A stretch of 64,000 nucleotides of DNA from positions 43,586,001-43,650,000 of the forward strand of contig CM022665.1 of NCBI GenBank assembly GCA_012295275.1. Reading direction: 5' to 3'. The stretch comes from Chrysomallon squamiferum. Its lineage: Eukaryota; Animalia; Mollusca. Positions within the stretch are counted from its first letter, which is position 1. Every line of letters starts with the position of its first letter. The notes under the pieces were generated by a model. It did not search any database. It had not been told where the DNA came from and was given only the letters and a program-made list of their open reading frames with translations. The translations under genes and the position numbers were made by a program. This document shows positions 27,931-42,812 of the stretch, in pieces.

Positions 27931-28350
27931 ACATGCAGGTTACACACTCACAGACACATTTATGTCATTATTATAGTTTATATTTAAAACAACAATACCA
28001 CAATAACCAAAACGGTAATAGTAACAACAATAGAGATAGATGTGTCATACTTTCAGACATCAGTTTCTGTGTTTGATGGACAGTTCTGGATTAATAGCCT
28101 AGTTATTTTTAACTGTAACACACAGATAAAACAATATATAGAATATGTTCCATATTAAACATGGAATATATTTCATATTCAACAGTAATTTTCAGTTTTA
28201 CTATCAGTGTTACAATTCTGCGAGTCTCACCTATATACCTATCACTGTCAGTGTAAAATATAACAAATTGGTTTCATTTCTAGGTTTATTATTCTGTGTG
28301 GCATTAAACATGTGAAGTAATAATCTGTTTAATTCAGCATCTCTCTCTGT

Positions 28351-28421
<71 letters not shown>

Positions 28422-28514
28422 ATTCTGTCTGTCTCTCTCTTGTAATTTTTTTGAATTCAAAACAATTTCAGTTTGTTTCAGAATTATGGGAGGTTACCAT
28501 TTTCCTTTCCTTAT

Positions 28515-28580
<66 letters not shown>

Positions 28581-31389
28581 TGGTACTTCTAATAATGCTG
28601 ACAATGACATTAACCTCAGTCTGATACAGTTAAGAATATTTTGAATTATTGTAAAAATAAAACAGATCATCATATTGTTTCTTGCTGGTGTACCTGCTGA
28701 CCTCACCTGCAGTTCAAAACAGTTCTGTCCTAAGGATGTTTTAGGTATCTTAAGTCCTTCCTAAGTCAGCACTAACATGATGTAAAGGTAAGACTGTGTG
28801 GTAATGTGTTATGTGAAGTTAGGTGAAAAGCCAAATCACCTCTCCTAATCTCTGCAGATTATTGCAGTTAATGGATTCCAAAGGGATTGGTGCAGATTTG
28901 GTCATTAACCTTTTGATGTACACAGCTGTTTAAACAGCTTGTTACATGTTAATCTGTTCATGTCTAGCAGGTTAAATAGGTGTTTTTAATTATTATTATC
29001 CTTGGCATATTGATGTTTTAATTATGCAATAGTTTAAGGAGTTTCCTAAATACTTGAAATATTTTGTAAAGAGTCCACTGTTTGTATTTGATAAGAAAAC
29101 TGTTGATCAGTAGAAATAAAATGCTTCTTCTTAAGACATCCTTTTTATAATAAAAGATAAAAACGTATTGTTAAGCTAAAAACCATTAATAAAAGCTAAA
29201 AACCAGAATAAAAGAAGAAGAAAAAGAAAACATTTCTTAGCTTTTTGATACAACATGTTGTGTTTGAAATATTTAGTATGTTATAGTCAGAAATTACCTA
29301 TGGTCATTAATATTTGTTTATCATCTCTTGGGATAATCATGTTCTTTTTTCCTTTTTTTTTAAAATCATCTCTAATGATTATCTGCTGCAGTAATATCAA
29401 CAGTTAACTGCTGATCCATACTTTTGACAACTGACCTATCTGCATTTTTACAAAAACAAATTTCTTTCATTTTCTGCAGAAATATCAAAAGTTAACTGCT
29501 AATCAGTTCTTTTGGTTACCGTCTCACCTGCAGTGATCACCAATTTGCATTTTCATTTAGCGGGAACAAAAGAGGTGGCCAACACCTCCTGTGTGACACC
29601 TTGCTAAGTTACCTGCTTTGAAAACAGGTAATCTGTTTGTGTCACACGTTTAAAACACTGTTGTCAAACTCTGTGATAACGAAGAATACCTGTTTACATT
29701 TTGACACTCCAGCAAATAACCAGTTTCCTCCTCCCAGTTGTGAAATCACTCAAAAGTCTCCCATGGTGTTTCAGTAATTAATTGCTCCTACCCACCACCC
29801 CTGAAGTTCTCCCAGTACTGACAGCAGCAGCCCCTCCCTCTTATTGGTGTCACTTTTCTATTCCCCCGTTTTTTTTTTTTGTGTGTTGTTGTTGTTTGGC
29901 TATTTTTAAAAATCTAGTTCATGCTGTGTTAACCAAGGTGATTAGAAAAAGAATCAAACTATCCCACTCTGTTCCTGTACAAAATGTCTGTCTTATATTT
30001 TCTTAATTAATCTGTGATCTATTCAGGTAATGATGATCCGAACACACCCTTCACTTATCCTGCCCTCGGGTATTTTCATTTGTTACAAGTCACTTTTTAT
30101 AAATTCTTTTGTTATTTCTGGTTTTGTTTGTATAAATTTTCTTTGCTGTATTGTGTAAGAGTGATTTTTTAAGGTGGAGACGCCCAGTGAAATAATTAAG
30201 AGAAAATTTCTTTATATTTTGTATTCCACTATTAAGGATACAGAAAGTGGTGTAAATCCAGTTTGTTCTTAAAAGTTGTAATTTATTTTTGTAAACGAAA
30301 ATGTCATTTTATATAATTTTGTTTTTTCTTTCTTGTTTTTTTTTTGTTGTTTTTTTAAAAAGGTAAAAAAAAAGAAATATTAAATGACCTTCAATAAGTT
30401 AATTAAAAAAAAAAAAAATTATATATATATATATATATATAAAAGAAAAAAAAAGGAAGGAAAACACTAATAAGAAAGTCAAAACAAATAATAATAATAA
30501 TAATAATAATAAATTAAAAAAAAAAAAAAAAAAAATCCAACAAGGAAAATACGTTTGAAATGTATATAAATATTTATTATATAAAGTAAAAGAATTTAAT
30601 AACCCCCCCAGGTAAAATAACTCCTGAACTCCTGTTAAACAAAAATGTTTTCTCTTCCATTAAAACACTGCTTGATGTATTCTTTAAATTATGCGTGCAT
30701 TAAGGTTTAATCTGTAACACAGGAAGCCTAACAATTTCCTTGTGGCCATTAGTATGCACGTACATGAAATATTTCAGCCTGAGACCTAGCAAAACCTGAC
30801 CTTGAGGTTTCACTCTGCTATTTTTCACTTTTTTTTTTTTTTCCTTTTCTGTTTGTTAACAAGTCCTGTGGTTGAGAATGTAATGATGAATCAGTAATGA
30901 TGAATTAGTACCGACAGTGTCAGTGTTAATTTAGAGTAGGCTCCCCTCTCAAAACTCTTCGCCGAGATCTGAATTTATTGCCAATTTTTGATATCGCTTT
31001 CTCAATAAATAAAAACGCTTGTCTGTTGTTAAGAACAGACCAGAGGAAAGTGTATTTAATAACTGCAAAGTTAAAGACTGATAATGATTGCAATTTATAG
31101 AAACTGGACATAAATTTGTTTTCAGTTTACCTTAGGATAAGGGAAAATGTGTGTAATATATTTTAATTTAGAATACTCTTCTGTTGTGGAGTGCCACCTG
31201 TCCTCGTAGTAGGGTGACTGTCAGAATCAGTGTTAGTGTGTGGGGTTGTTTGTTACACAGAATTACCAGTTTAGTGTGTCAGATTATATGACGTGATCGT
31301 GATTCACAAGCCACCACCAAGCTTTTGTCATTACAAGAATTGCATCATTTTACTGGATCATCATATGAAATGTCTGAAACCATCACAAA

Positions 31390-31471
<82 letters not shown>

Positions 31472-31965
31472 CACAGTGTATTAATATGAATACAGGTTTA
31501 CTTCATGTGTGTTAGTATCTTCTTTCTTTTTCACACACATACACAAACACCCACCCACCCACACATTTATTCACATCCCCGCACCCAGACATTGATACAC
31601 ACTTAGACAATAGATACTATGCTTGTCTCTTTTCTCTTTCTGTCCCACACACAGACAGATACCATTATGATTCTCTTTTCTCTCTTTCTGCTATGCACAC
31701 ACAGACAGACATACACATTATACTTTTCTTTTCTGTTTCTGTCGCACACATACAGACACACATGCAGACACACAGACATACACCATTATGCTTGTCTCTT
31801 CTCTGTTTCTGTCACACACACAGACACACACACACACACACACACACAGACATACACCATTATGCTTATCTCTTCTCTGTTTCTGTCACACACACACAGA
31901 CACAGACAAACACACACACACAGACAGACAGACAGACAAGACACCATCATGCTTGTCTTCTCTCC
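31390..31965. repeat. (CT)n(CA)n microsatellite followed by a ~55-75 bp minisatellite with variable CA tract
   Basis: cagacatacaccattatgcttgtctcttctctgtttctgtcacacac is repeated ~6 times from ~31612. Confidence 0.9.
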
Positions 31966-32255
31966 ACCGCATTAATGATGAGGTGAAAGTGAACACGGGT
32001 TTGCTTCATGCGTCTTTGTCTTCGCACACTGACTGTGCAGTTTGTCAACAAGTGTTTTGTGACAGTCCTGCCTGACCTGGTGCTAAATTAACCACTGGCA
32101 CATGTTGGCAGCCTGCCACCTCCAGACCACATAGCTGGCCTCTTTATGCAGGATCATATACAACCTCGGAGTCAACATATTCCCTCTGTGTTTAACTCCA
32201 CTGGATAAACCCATTAAGCATCGTGTTTCAAAAGCTGGCCTAAATAAGTGAAGTG

Positions 32256-32292
<37 letters not shown>

Positions 32293-33404
32293 AGGGAAGA
32301 TAAATCATTCTTATGATAAAACATGGTCAGCAATTATATTCCAGTTTTTATGGTTTGTGGCCACCATGATTTTCAACATTACAGTTGTTGTCGTCATCAT
32401 CATCATTTATTTATTTATTTAAAACATTTTTAATTTATAAAACATGCAAGAATCACAACTTTGCCTGCTTTCTTATAGTATTTTGCATTAAGAAGGATAT
32501 TGGAGAAAATCTTGTTAATATTTTTATTCAACAGGTTGTATAAATTGTCATCGAACATACAAATAATGTCAAATAATGTGGACAATAAGTCAAGATTATA
32601 AAATAATTGTGTACGCAACATATTTTAATACAGATGTTGGAATTTTTCATTATTAAATAACTGCTAGAGATAAAATTGTCTCTTTTGGAACTGTTTCAAC
32701 ATGGTAGATGTCAACAGAAGAAGATCTGGTTTTTGGTTGTTGAGGTCACAGAACTAGAACTGTAACCACTGGAGATTATGTAGACAGTCTGTATATATGT
32801 ATAAAAAATATAATGCAGTAATGATTAAGATTTATTTCAGTGGTTGAGAGACAACTGTGTTGTGTGTATGATGTTGTAAAGACCACATTTGATTTATAAT
32901 TCTATTATTAGACTTTAACCGAGCGCAGTAAATTCGGTCTGACCCACGGAACAAAGAAAATAAAATCTGCATATATATACTGTACATTCATATTTATGTC
33001 TGATACATATTTCTTTTGTCTTCTGCTTCCTTTGTTTTTTAAAATAATTTATTTGACATCTTTGTTCCCTCGAAAAATAATTTAAATATGTTTGTAAGTG
33101 CATTTTCTTATGCTTCAGTAAGGTAACTTAATATTTAACAGAATTCTTTCTTTACTTTATATTTTGTTTAAACTTTAGTTGCATGTTTCAAATAAAACAT
33201 CTATTTAGAAAAAGAAAAAAATAATAACAAATTTGAATAAATTTTCTGCTAAAAAGTACTACAGAATTTTCTCTCACAAAGTAAATGAAATACAGCATAC
33301 ATTGGTGTTTCATTTCATTTCTTTTAAATTTTATCAAGCAGAAAACTTCTATTCTCTACAGTTCAACATATTTTAAAATTACACTGTTAAATATGAGACT
33401 GTAT

Positions 33405-33770
33405 TAACCAGAGACACTAGAAGAAAAAGCCTGTTTCCATCATGCTTTGGACAGTTTTGATTAATTATTAGCAAGTGATCTTTTGTATGTACTTGTTGAA
33501 ATTAAACCTTTGTAACATGATTTGTGGAACATTAGCTCTAACAGAAAACAAGAAATTGCATACACCAAAGAAACCAGAAGTAAAAACCTGTTTCCATCAT
33601 TTTTTTATTTTTTATTATTAATTATGAGGAAATGATCTTTTATATACTTGTGAAGTTATAACTTTTAAGATATGATTTACAGAAGACTGGCTGCATTGAA
33701 AATTGCTCCAAGGATGTGCTGAAAAGGATTGATCCTTTGACCTCCTCCACCTAGTCCAGTGTCTCCTTCA
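33405..33770 (-). mobile_element. Two tandem decayed SINE fragments
   Basis: cctgtttccatcat...tgatcttttRtat..acttg occurs twice (~33430, ~33587), followed by head-like aggattgatcctttgacc. Confidence 0.5.
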
Positions 33771-34018
33771 GGCTTATCATATAATCAGTACATGCAGCAG
33801 ATGCATTTCACTCCTTGTCCTATGTAAACTGCATCCCACACTGTCAAGTTTTGTGTCAGGTTGTTTTATTTCCTTGGTGAACAAAAGCAGAAATTATCCT
33901 TCACATCAAGTGACGTAGGTTTTTACACTTAGCAACAGTTTGACAGCTTGTTCAGGGGTGGCATGTATTTGTTCAAAAAGAAGTGAAAAGACCAAATATA
34001 AGGGTTTATATATCTTCT

Positions 34019-34051
<33 letters not shown>

Positions 34052-34313
34052 CTTTGATTGATTGGTTGAACATAGTCTGTCTTCAGAAAGAAAGAAACCA
34101 ACCCATGTTTATATAGTCGTCACAGAGATTTTAGATTAATGGTGTAATTCAAGTATTTAAGGAAAAAAATAAAGAGAGAAAAGTTTAAGGTGTATGCTAA
34201 GTAAGCAGTTGTTAGGTCTAAACTGATCTGTGTTTGACACAGATACAGTTTAAAATTTTCTTATGAGAGGTGTAATTCAAGAAAATAATAATAATAATAA
34301 TAATAATTATAAA

Positions 34314-34357
<44 letters not shown>

Positions 34358-34744
34358 TAATAATGATAAAGAGTAATAATAAAAGTTTTAGCTTTTTGCA
34401 TCAGTAGCAGTTTGTTCTTAGAAACAGGATCTTTCATTTATACTGTGGTTGGGTTGTAAATAGCGGTGTCCATTTTCAAAGGAAGACAACTAGATACCTG
34501 TATTGGAATGAGGATGAAAATAAATCCACCATCTTGAATGTCAGAACTGAATAAACAGACCTACATGTTGTATCACCAGAGATGAATCACAGTGAGAAAA
34601 CAATAATCTGAGATGTTGAAACAGTCTGAGTTTATTTTCATACATACGTAACTTAGTACCTGGTTCTGGGTCAGAAGCATTAGTCACTGAAATGATATGT
34701 AAACGTGTGAAATTTAGACAGAATTCAAGTTGAAGGAGAAAGAA

Positions 34745-35265
34745 AGAGAGAGAGAATGAATGAATGAATGAATATTTTGTTTAGTAACACCTCAAGAACA
34801 TTTTGTTTATTTATTTATCTGTTTATTTTATTTTATTTTATTTTATTTATTTATTTATTTTATTTTTAAATATTTAATTTTATTTATATTTTATTTTTAT
34901 ATATTTTATTTTATTTATTTTTTTTAATATTTTTTATTTATTTGTTTATACTAAACGAAAGTATATGTAAAATGTCTTCTTTGTTTTTGGAAGTGAACAA
35001 TAGTCAAATACTGAATTATTTAAAGGAGTAAATGTCATATTTTAATAACAGTTTTTCATTGTTGTAAATTCATTGCATGGTGATCATTAATGTGAGAAGA
35101 AATGAAATATAATCAGCAACATGAACCTTTCTGAAGATAAGAGAGCACACACCAAAGCATTTGATACCAGTCATGAGCACAAGTTGGATTGGGACAAAAG
35201 CTATTCATAGAAAAGAATACTTAGCCTATGAATATAACATTAAAATGAGAGTGCTGAGCTAAGAA
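34745..35265 (-). mobile_element. Decayed SINE split by an AT-rich expansion
   Basis: Tail-like gaatgaatattttgtttagtaacacctcaagaacatttt and core-like gagagcacacaccaaagcatttgataccagtcatgagcacaagttggattgggac. Confidence 0.5.
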
Positions 35266-37164
35266 TGAAAAGCTTTTTTTTGATGTTTTTTTAAAGGAAC
35301 AAAACAGTACTTACCATCATCTTTAGCAAGAATACTCAGTCTGTTGAATCAATTTAATTAATTACTTGGTATGTTAAGCTAATTTGATCTATTGAAATGA
35401 ACATAATATAAATAATATATTGTTCACATATTAAAGTGAATAATTCTTGGTAACTGAGAAGAAAATAAGGTTAAAAAAAACAATCTAATAAATGTGACGG
35501 CTTTATAAAATAAAATAAATGACAAGGATTAATTTTCAATGAATCAGAATAAATTAGAAATGGGATAAATTTACTGCAAGCAAGATGGTTTACAAATCCA
35601 CAAACCTCTTTGAATTTATAAATGTAAATAATAGTAAAAAAGAAGAAAAAATAATAATAATAAAAAATATATATATGTATATACATAAAAATATAATACT
35701 AAATAAATAAATAAAAATAATTAAAAAATTAAAAAAAGATAAATGTAATAAAATATAAAAATAAAAATAAAAATTGGGAGAAGAAAGAAGAGAAAAAAAA
35801 AGAAGAAAGAAATTAAATAAATTGCATGTCAAAACATAGACAAAGCCATCACTTGTGCTAAAATGTGAATGCAACTAAAACCACTATGCTTCACCCAGGC
35901 TGCTGAACCTGAACAGTAATACAAGCAATTTTTCAAGTCTGTCATATGATCAGAAACTGCTGTTGTAAAAAAAAAAAAAAAAAAAAAAATTAAATAAATA
36001 ATAAATTCAGAAACGAGGAAAGATTTTATGATAAAAGCAAATGCATTCTTAACAATAAACAGGTTGGCTAAATTTTTACATCCCTGTTCTGTAATACTCA
36101 GTACATCCTTGTTTTCCTTGTACTCTAAGGTTGTATTAGCTTTTTTTTTTTCAAATTCCATTTGAAACTTGAAAGAATGTTTAATAAGTAACACCCCAGC
36201 ACAAAATATTCACCAGGTTCTGATTATGAAACAAATTCAGTTAATATTTGCGACGGCAAGTAAGGTGATTAAATTTTTAGATCATTAAAATTAATGATGA
36301 CATTTTTAACAAACACAGATTGCCTGCAGTTAAATAATGTCCCTTCTGCTTAGAAGTTTATATTTCATATTAATTAAAAAAAAAAAATTAATTATAAGTC
36401 GGTTAATAAGGAAGGATAAAAACAGAATAAAATAATTATAAAAAAAAAATAATAATAATAAAAATAAATTCTGAGTTTGTATAAGATTGGAAAAATAGGT
36501 TTGATGCACTGAAATTTGAGAAATGAAAATACAAATAAAAAAAAAAATTAAAAAAACCTCCCTTCTTTTTGTCAGATATTGGCTATAGAGTTTGTGTGTT
36601 GTACTGTTTATGTGTTAAATCTTTTAAAGAAATGCATACACACATCACAGCCGTGAAAAACACTGAAGACTATGTGCTACAGTGAGACCGTATTACAATA
36701 CGTGGAAATGTATCCTGCAATATATCTTTCAGATTCTTAAAATATACGCTGGCATTAATTATCTCTCTCTCACACACACGTACATGCACAAATGAAGTAT
36801 TGTACAATGTAGCCAACAGATTTTAAAACTTTTTTTTATTTATATTTTTTATACTTGTTTTAATGCTTTAAAAAAAAGAAGAAACTGACATACGTACACA
36901 AACCAAGCACATATACAGTACGTACATACAGACAGGTATGCAAACACACACACCACTAAACCAAGCACATACAAAGAGAGTATTGTACATATTTACATAC
37001 GTATACACAAACATGCATACATTTACATACGTACGTACACACACACATACAACCCACCACAGATGTTCATACACACTCCTTATATAATATATATATATTA
37101 CATTACATTTTTTTTATTTATATGTATTTTTTTAAATTATCTCTGATTTAAACTAACAGATGCA

Positions 37165-37700
37165 ATCCACACGGCTGTGTTATAACTGCTAACACCTTGT
37201 CAGCCCACGTAAGTATTTACTGTCACATCTTTGTGTGACTGCAGTACAGGTATGTTTGATATCTGCTCTTACACCTGTTTCTTCGCTGGTGCAGGTAAGC
37301 AGCTCGGTCTCCTGTGTACACACACTCGCTTCTTAACCCGGCTTTAATTCTGAATGAACAACTTTGCATCCAGTGACTGACCCTGATTTGAATCGAGCGT
37401 TCTCATTGGCCGATGCGAAAAAACAAGGGCAAAACACTCTCCAGCTTTTGTCAGAGCTCGTTGCTGATAAATGTGGATTGTGTGTGTGGTTGGGTACCTA
37501 CCCATCACTTATGTTATTGATTGGTTTGTGGTGAAGAGCTGTGAAAAGGTTTGATAAAACATTGCTGTCTTTAAAATTTCCTTTCCCCCCACACACTTGC
37601 CTTCACCTTAAAAAAAAAAAAAAAAAAAAAAAGGAAACGAAGTTTATCACCTTCATTTCCGGCCATTTTTAATTCTTCAGAAATAGGGTAGTTGTAATGT
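37165..37700. promoter_or_regulatory. CpG-retaining island with CCAAT-, CAGGTR-, GATA- and YY1-like sites
   Basis: cattggcc (~37405), caggta/cacctg (37247, 37272, 37292), ctgataaa (~37464) and ccggccatttt (~37659). Confidence 0.4.
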
Positions 37701-39261
37701 ATAATGAGTTGTTAAGGGTTTTTTTTGCTCGGCTCACAGTTTGGTTTCTGTTCACGCTGGGATAGCCCCCGTGAAGAGGACAGAATACTTAAATCAGTTT
37801 TTGTCAAGTGTACCCTTCTACCTTTCAGTCCATCCAGCAAACAGCATTGTTATTACACTACCTGGTCTAATTTCTCATCATTAATAGAATACAGTGGCCT
37901 TTTCTGAATATTTGACTTAGATTTTTGTTTTTATTTTTGAGGCTGGTTTTTTGTAGTCTTTATTTAACGAAGAAAAATAAAAAATCATACACACTGGTTT
38001 TTTTTATTTATATATTTATTATCTCCAAAAGATATAAAAATTCAAAAGAAAAATTGTTGCAGAATCGATGCTGTGAAAATCGGTCACTTTTTTGTGACTG
38101 ATAGCAATGTAAATTTTTTTTTTAGTTTGAATAGATTTAAATGAGCATCATTGATTTGCCTCCAGGTGTTTGCACAAATGCAGTTTAATAAGTGTAAGAG
38201 GTAACATATTTTTAAAATTTCTTATTATTTTGTAACAGATAAATAGTTTAAATTTGAAAGCAATATTCATTACTTTACCAAAAGCATATACTACGTCTTA
38301 CAATGCTCTTGAAATTACTATCTTGCTTAGGCCATTCATTTAAAATGTAAACTGAAAATCATATATGTGATAATTGTGATATATATATGAAAAATATTTT
38401 ATCACTTGTGCATTTTCACATTTATCAGAATTAGAATCGATACTGAGTTTTGTTCTTGGAAAGCTATTTGTCCTGCTGAGTCTCTATAAGTAAAGCAGTT
38501 GTTAAAAGTCACACTTTTTTTTTTTCCAGACCTGTTTTGAATCCATTTTCCACTTGGTTGATTTTATGTTATCCTGAGGCAAAAAAGAACATTAAAAACC
38601 TTCCTAGATTGAAAAATACGACAATATTAAATGACTACCTCGGTAATTTTGTAAATGTGTAAGGAAGAAAGGTTGAGTTCTTTTTTTTCTTTATTTTTTT
38701 TTCAAGTATCTGCTTTTGTTGCTGTTTTTTTTTATTGTTTCTTTAAAAAAAAAATCTACAACATCATATAATATATTTTAGTTTTTATTTAGTTTACATG
38801 TTATTATCCTGTTACTCCACACGTTTATTCTGTCAGGTCATTACATTACAAATGAATGAGAGAGAGAGAGAGGGAGAGGGAGGGGGGGGCTAGCTACACA
38901 GTAATAGTGAGTGAAAGAAGGAGATAGGATCAGTGGGGTGTGAGAGAATACAGAAAAAAAGCAAAGGAGAGATACAGAATAGCAGAGGGAGAGAGATTGA
39001 TATTGAGAGTGAAAATTTATTATTTTGGAAAACAAATTTAAAAATCAAACATTAACAGTTACAAATCTTTTTTTTTTTCTTCGATAAATTTACCTTCATT
39101 TAAAAGGAGAAAAACCAAAGGTTCATGTGTATTACATTTCCGTAACCCGGTATGTTTTTAAATGTTTTGAATACCCAATTTTCTGTGGTTTACAAATGTT
39201 TTGATTAACTAGGCACACCAAACAAGTCTGTGATTGTGAAGACAAATTTCAAACTTCAAAG

Positions 39262-39287
39262 TACAACTCATCCCAGCATGCTTTGCC
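39262..39287 (+). promoter_or_regulatory. ZNF143/STAF-like binding motif
   Basis: tacaactcatcccagcatgctttgcc resembles the extended ACTACAANTCCCAGCATGC motif. Confidence 0.35.
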
Positions 39288-39584
39288 GAGCAAACTACAG
39301 GCTGGTTTGTCAATCCGCACTAATCTTGTTGGTAAATGTGACCAGTTGTAAAGCAAGTGCTACACTCAACTGTACGTTTGTCACCCACAAAAATATTGAT
39401 GGTGTTAGACTCTAGAGCTGTTCTCTTTTTTCCTTCTTTTTTTTTTTGAGTCACTGCTTCATTGAGAGAGAACTAGTTTTTTTTTACTTTTCGTTAATTA
39501 CCTGACAGGTGTTGTGAGTCATAGGTATAATAAATGTATATCGTTTGTACAGGTAAAGTCAAGAGCTTGTGGAGACGGTCAATG

Positions 39585-39617
<33 letters not shown>

Positions 39618-39839
39618 ACATCCGCTTTGAGTAAAGTTGACCTCGGAGGTTTCAGTGCTCTCTGTTTTTGTGTGAAATAATATGTAGATTTGTTTGTGAG
39701 ATTGTAAGTGTGAAAATTACAGACTGTAGTGGGATGGTTGCAGGTGTGGTGTTATTCAGATTTATATTCAAAATTATTTAACATTCGTGATTATTCAAGT
39801 CAAGTCAATGTAATAAATAAATATTAATAAAAAAGAAAA

Positions 39840-39870
<31 letters not shown>

Positions 39871-39984
39871 GCAGTGTTATTTATTTTAAATTTTAATATT
39901 TTTTTTTCGTGTGATACAGTATATCTGTTTGTGTTGTAAGTAATTAATATTTATTATGCAGCTACATTTTTGTTCAGTTTTTGT

Positions 39985-40115
39985 GGCTGGTGGCGTAGTA
40001 TCAAAGGCTGTTTGCTGTGCATGATTTCTGGTCTGTTGGAAGTATCTGCTACAAATCCTGTGTCATTGATAATATAATAACATCCAGTGGAGTGACATAA
40101 GACTTGTTTCCTGTA
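39985..40115 (+). mobile_element. Highly decayed SINE core
   Basis: gtatcaaaggctgtttgctgtgc...tggtctgttggaagt resembles the Meta-type core in sense orientation. Confidence 0.4.
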
Positions 40116-41634
40116 GGACTTTATTATTACCAAATCATGTTTAGCTTTATTAGCATAAAAAAGTGCTTTAAGAAATGTTCATACATTCATTTTAAGATTT
40201 TAAAAAAAAAAAAAAAAAAAAAAAAATTTTTTTTACTAAGTAACCTCAACACTTGAGACCGCATGATATTATTAATGCGAATAACCGACATGATAGGAAA
40301 ATTCATTGTTCCGTGAATTTCATTTCATGAATGGGTCTTTATTCAATATATTACAGGATATTTTTGTAATAAGTCGTAAATTACGATTTTGTAATGTTGA
40401 AAACAGAAAGATGAAGGCAGCCGCCCCATGAATTTCTCTCACCTCCTAAGAAATGCATTTTAATACTTAAGAAAACACAAAACACAGCTTTTAGGCAAAC
40501 GCTAGAATGTGAAACAGTCACGAGAGTGCATTGAGGAGGATAGATCTTGCAGTCTGTTGTACCTCATTAAAAAAATGATGTACAGAAGACTGCAGTCTTC
40601 ATTTTGGAACCTAAACTGTTCCACCTCAACATAGCATTTAAAATGAAAGGGGGAATAAAATTTAAAAACCCTGAAAAATGCATCATGTTTTGGAAGTAAG
40701 TGAGAAACAGTATTCTTGATGTGCTGTGTTAAACAGTGAATTAACACAACAGGTAGAATCAATACGAAACACTGTGCAGCGATTCTGAAAGCCAGCTTGG
40801 TCAAGGCTTGGTCACAGCTTCTTGAACAAACAACAAACATCTTAGTTTACCTAAATAGGAAATCATTTTTCCCTTTTGTTTCGCAGCGTCTGAAACTTCA
40901 GCTGGTATATTGTAATAATATTTCATATGTAAATGATTTATTGTCATTTGATCCAAAGCTGGATTTTGATAGTAAACGATTATTTCACTTACTATTTAAT
41001 GTTCCTTTTGATCAGTATATTAAACTGAGCTGTTAATCCTGAGTTTAGATCAAGAATAGTTTTGTTTTTCTGGACATTTAATATGCTTACTGTTATTTTG
41101 TTCACTCTGTTAAAACTGAAGAATTCCAGGCTTAAAGCAAATTTTTTAATCTGAAGGCTGTTTTAATCTTGATAAATGCATATAAGGTTCAAGTATGACT
41201 TTTCAGGAAAATAAAAGTATTATTAATTCCATTCTTGGGAAATACTCAGAAATGGTAACAGACAGAAATAATATTAAACTGTGCTTAGTAATTAATATGA
41301 ATACAGCTGGGAATTTTTTTTTTTTTTTTTTTTTTAATTTAAAAAAAAAAAAAATTATTTTTGGGGCTAGCTTCATTTGCCATAAAATGTTTATCTGCAG
41401 TTACCAGCATTTAATTCCAAATGTGAGATAAGAGAAAAAACTAATTTAGCTAACTTAATGATTTACACACAAATGCAAATGTTGTTTTTATCTTAATAAA
41501 AGTAATAATAATCAAATGTTTAAATTTATTTTGTAGGTAACTGCAGAATGGTCTGTTTAGTTCTCCTTTCCGACTATGAAGATTAAAAAATGTAAGTTTG
41601 GTGATTAACATTTCATATCATCTGAGCTGAAGCA

Positions 41635-41915
41635 GATAGTGGGATGTCAGCTGTGGATAGGTGGTTGGGTTGCAGGCTCAAACCTTCTCAGAGTATCCAT
41701 TGAGTTAGTTTCCGTTCCAGCCTTTGACTGTATGTGTTTCCCAGTTTATGGGAAGATACAAATAAAAATATCCTTGCTGATAATTGATAAAAAAAAAAAA
41801 AAAAAAAAATAGCACATCAAAATATGGAATTAGTTTTCTCCCCCTCCAAGTGTATCATAGCATATCCCCCCTTAGATTAATGGTATGTGGAGTATGAATA
41901 AAATATTTTTTCCTT
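41635..41915 (+). mobile_element. Decayed SINE, head plus Meta-type core plus tail
   Basis: ccattgagttagtttccgttccagcc...gtatgtgtttcccagtttatgggaagatacaaataaaaatatccttgctgataattg is the sense version of the minus-strand copies. Confidence 0.6.
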
Positions 41916-42637
41916 TAGATATTTCTTAAACGATATTTCTTCTAAGAAAAAAAAATGAGTTAAAGCTTTAATAAACTTAAATGGTTTACCCTCACTGCAT
42001 GTTCATCATGGGGAAAAGTCTATTGTTCTCTTCATCAGGGAAGTAAAAAAAAAAAGTAAATGATTAACATATTTCTATCTTTTACGGTTTTGGCATGACC
42101 ATTGTGTCTGCAATCTGAGAATTCATTCAACTGCCATGTTCATGACAATAAGAAAAAGAAAGAAAAAAAAAAAATCAGGTAAAGAAACAGTGTGAAAATT
42201 TTGTATGGAACTTAATTAGCAAATGGGGAACTGAGAACTTGTTGATACAGATAGTCAGCCACACAATGCACGGACAACCTGTTGCTACACAAGTCTTCTT
42301 CAACTTTTGTTAAAAACCTTATCATTTATCTTGCTTTGCTTCTCTCTCAGGATCACCCCCAGCCTGATAAAGAACATTTTAATCTCGCTGATAAATGGCC
42401 ATCCATCTTGTTGGCTGAATTGAGCCTGATAGGCTGATGGCATTGTCATGTCTTTAGCATTCCTCAGTGGACAGCCCTGTTTGTAAAGGTATCTGAAATA
42501 TTAACCGCGGTGGCTGTGCTCGGTTTAAATCATTTCCAAATCTCTCCTCACCAATTGTTCTCCAGCCCAGCTACAAAGTGCAGAATAATGAGCCACATGA
42601 TTTGTTGTGTAGATCCTGCGTGTGGTACTGTAAACAG

Positions 42638-42812
42638 TGTTTCGTGTTATGAAACGAGCCCTCTGCAAAGAAAGTTAAAAAAATTACTTTCGGAAAAGTT
42701 TCATTTAAAAAAAAAAAAAAAAGGTTTTGCTTGTGGAGTTCATGTTTGTGTTATGAAACAAGCTCTTTGCAAAGAAGTTTAAAAAAAGATCCAGGTTTTG
42801 CTTGTGGAGTAT
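42638..42812. repeat. Two-copy imperfect tandem duplication
   Basis: gtgttatgaaac(g/a)agcYctYtgcaaagaa...aggttttgcttgtggagt occurs twice. Confidence 0.85.
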
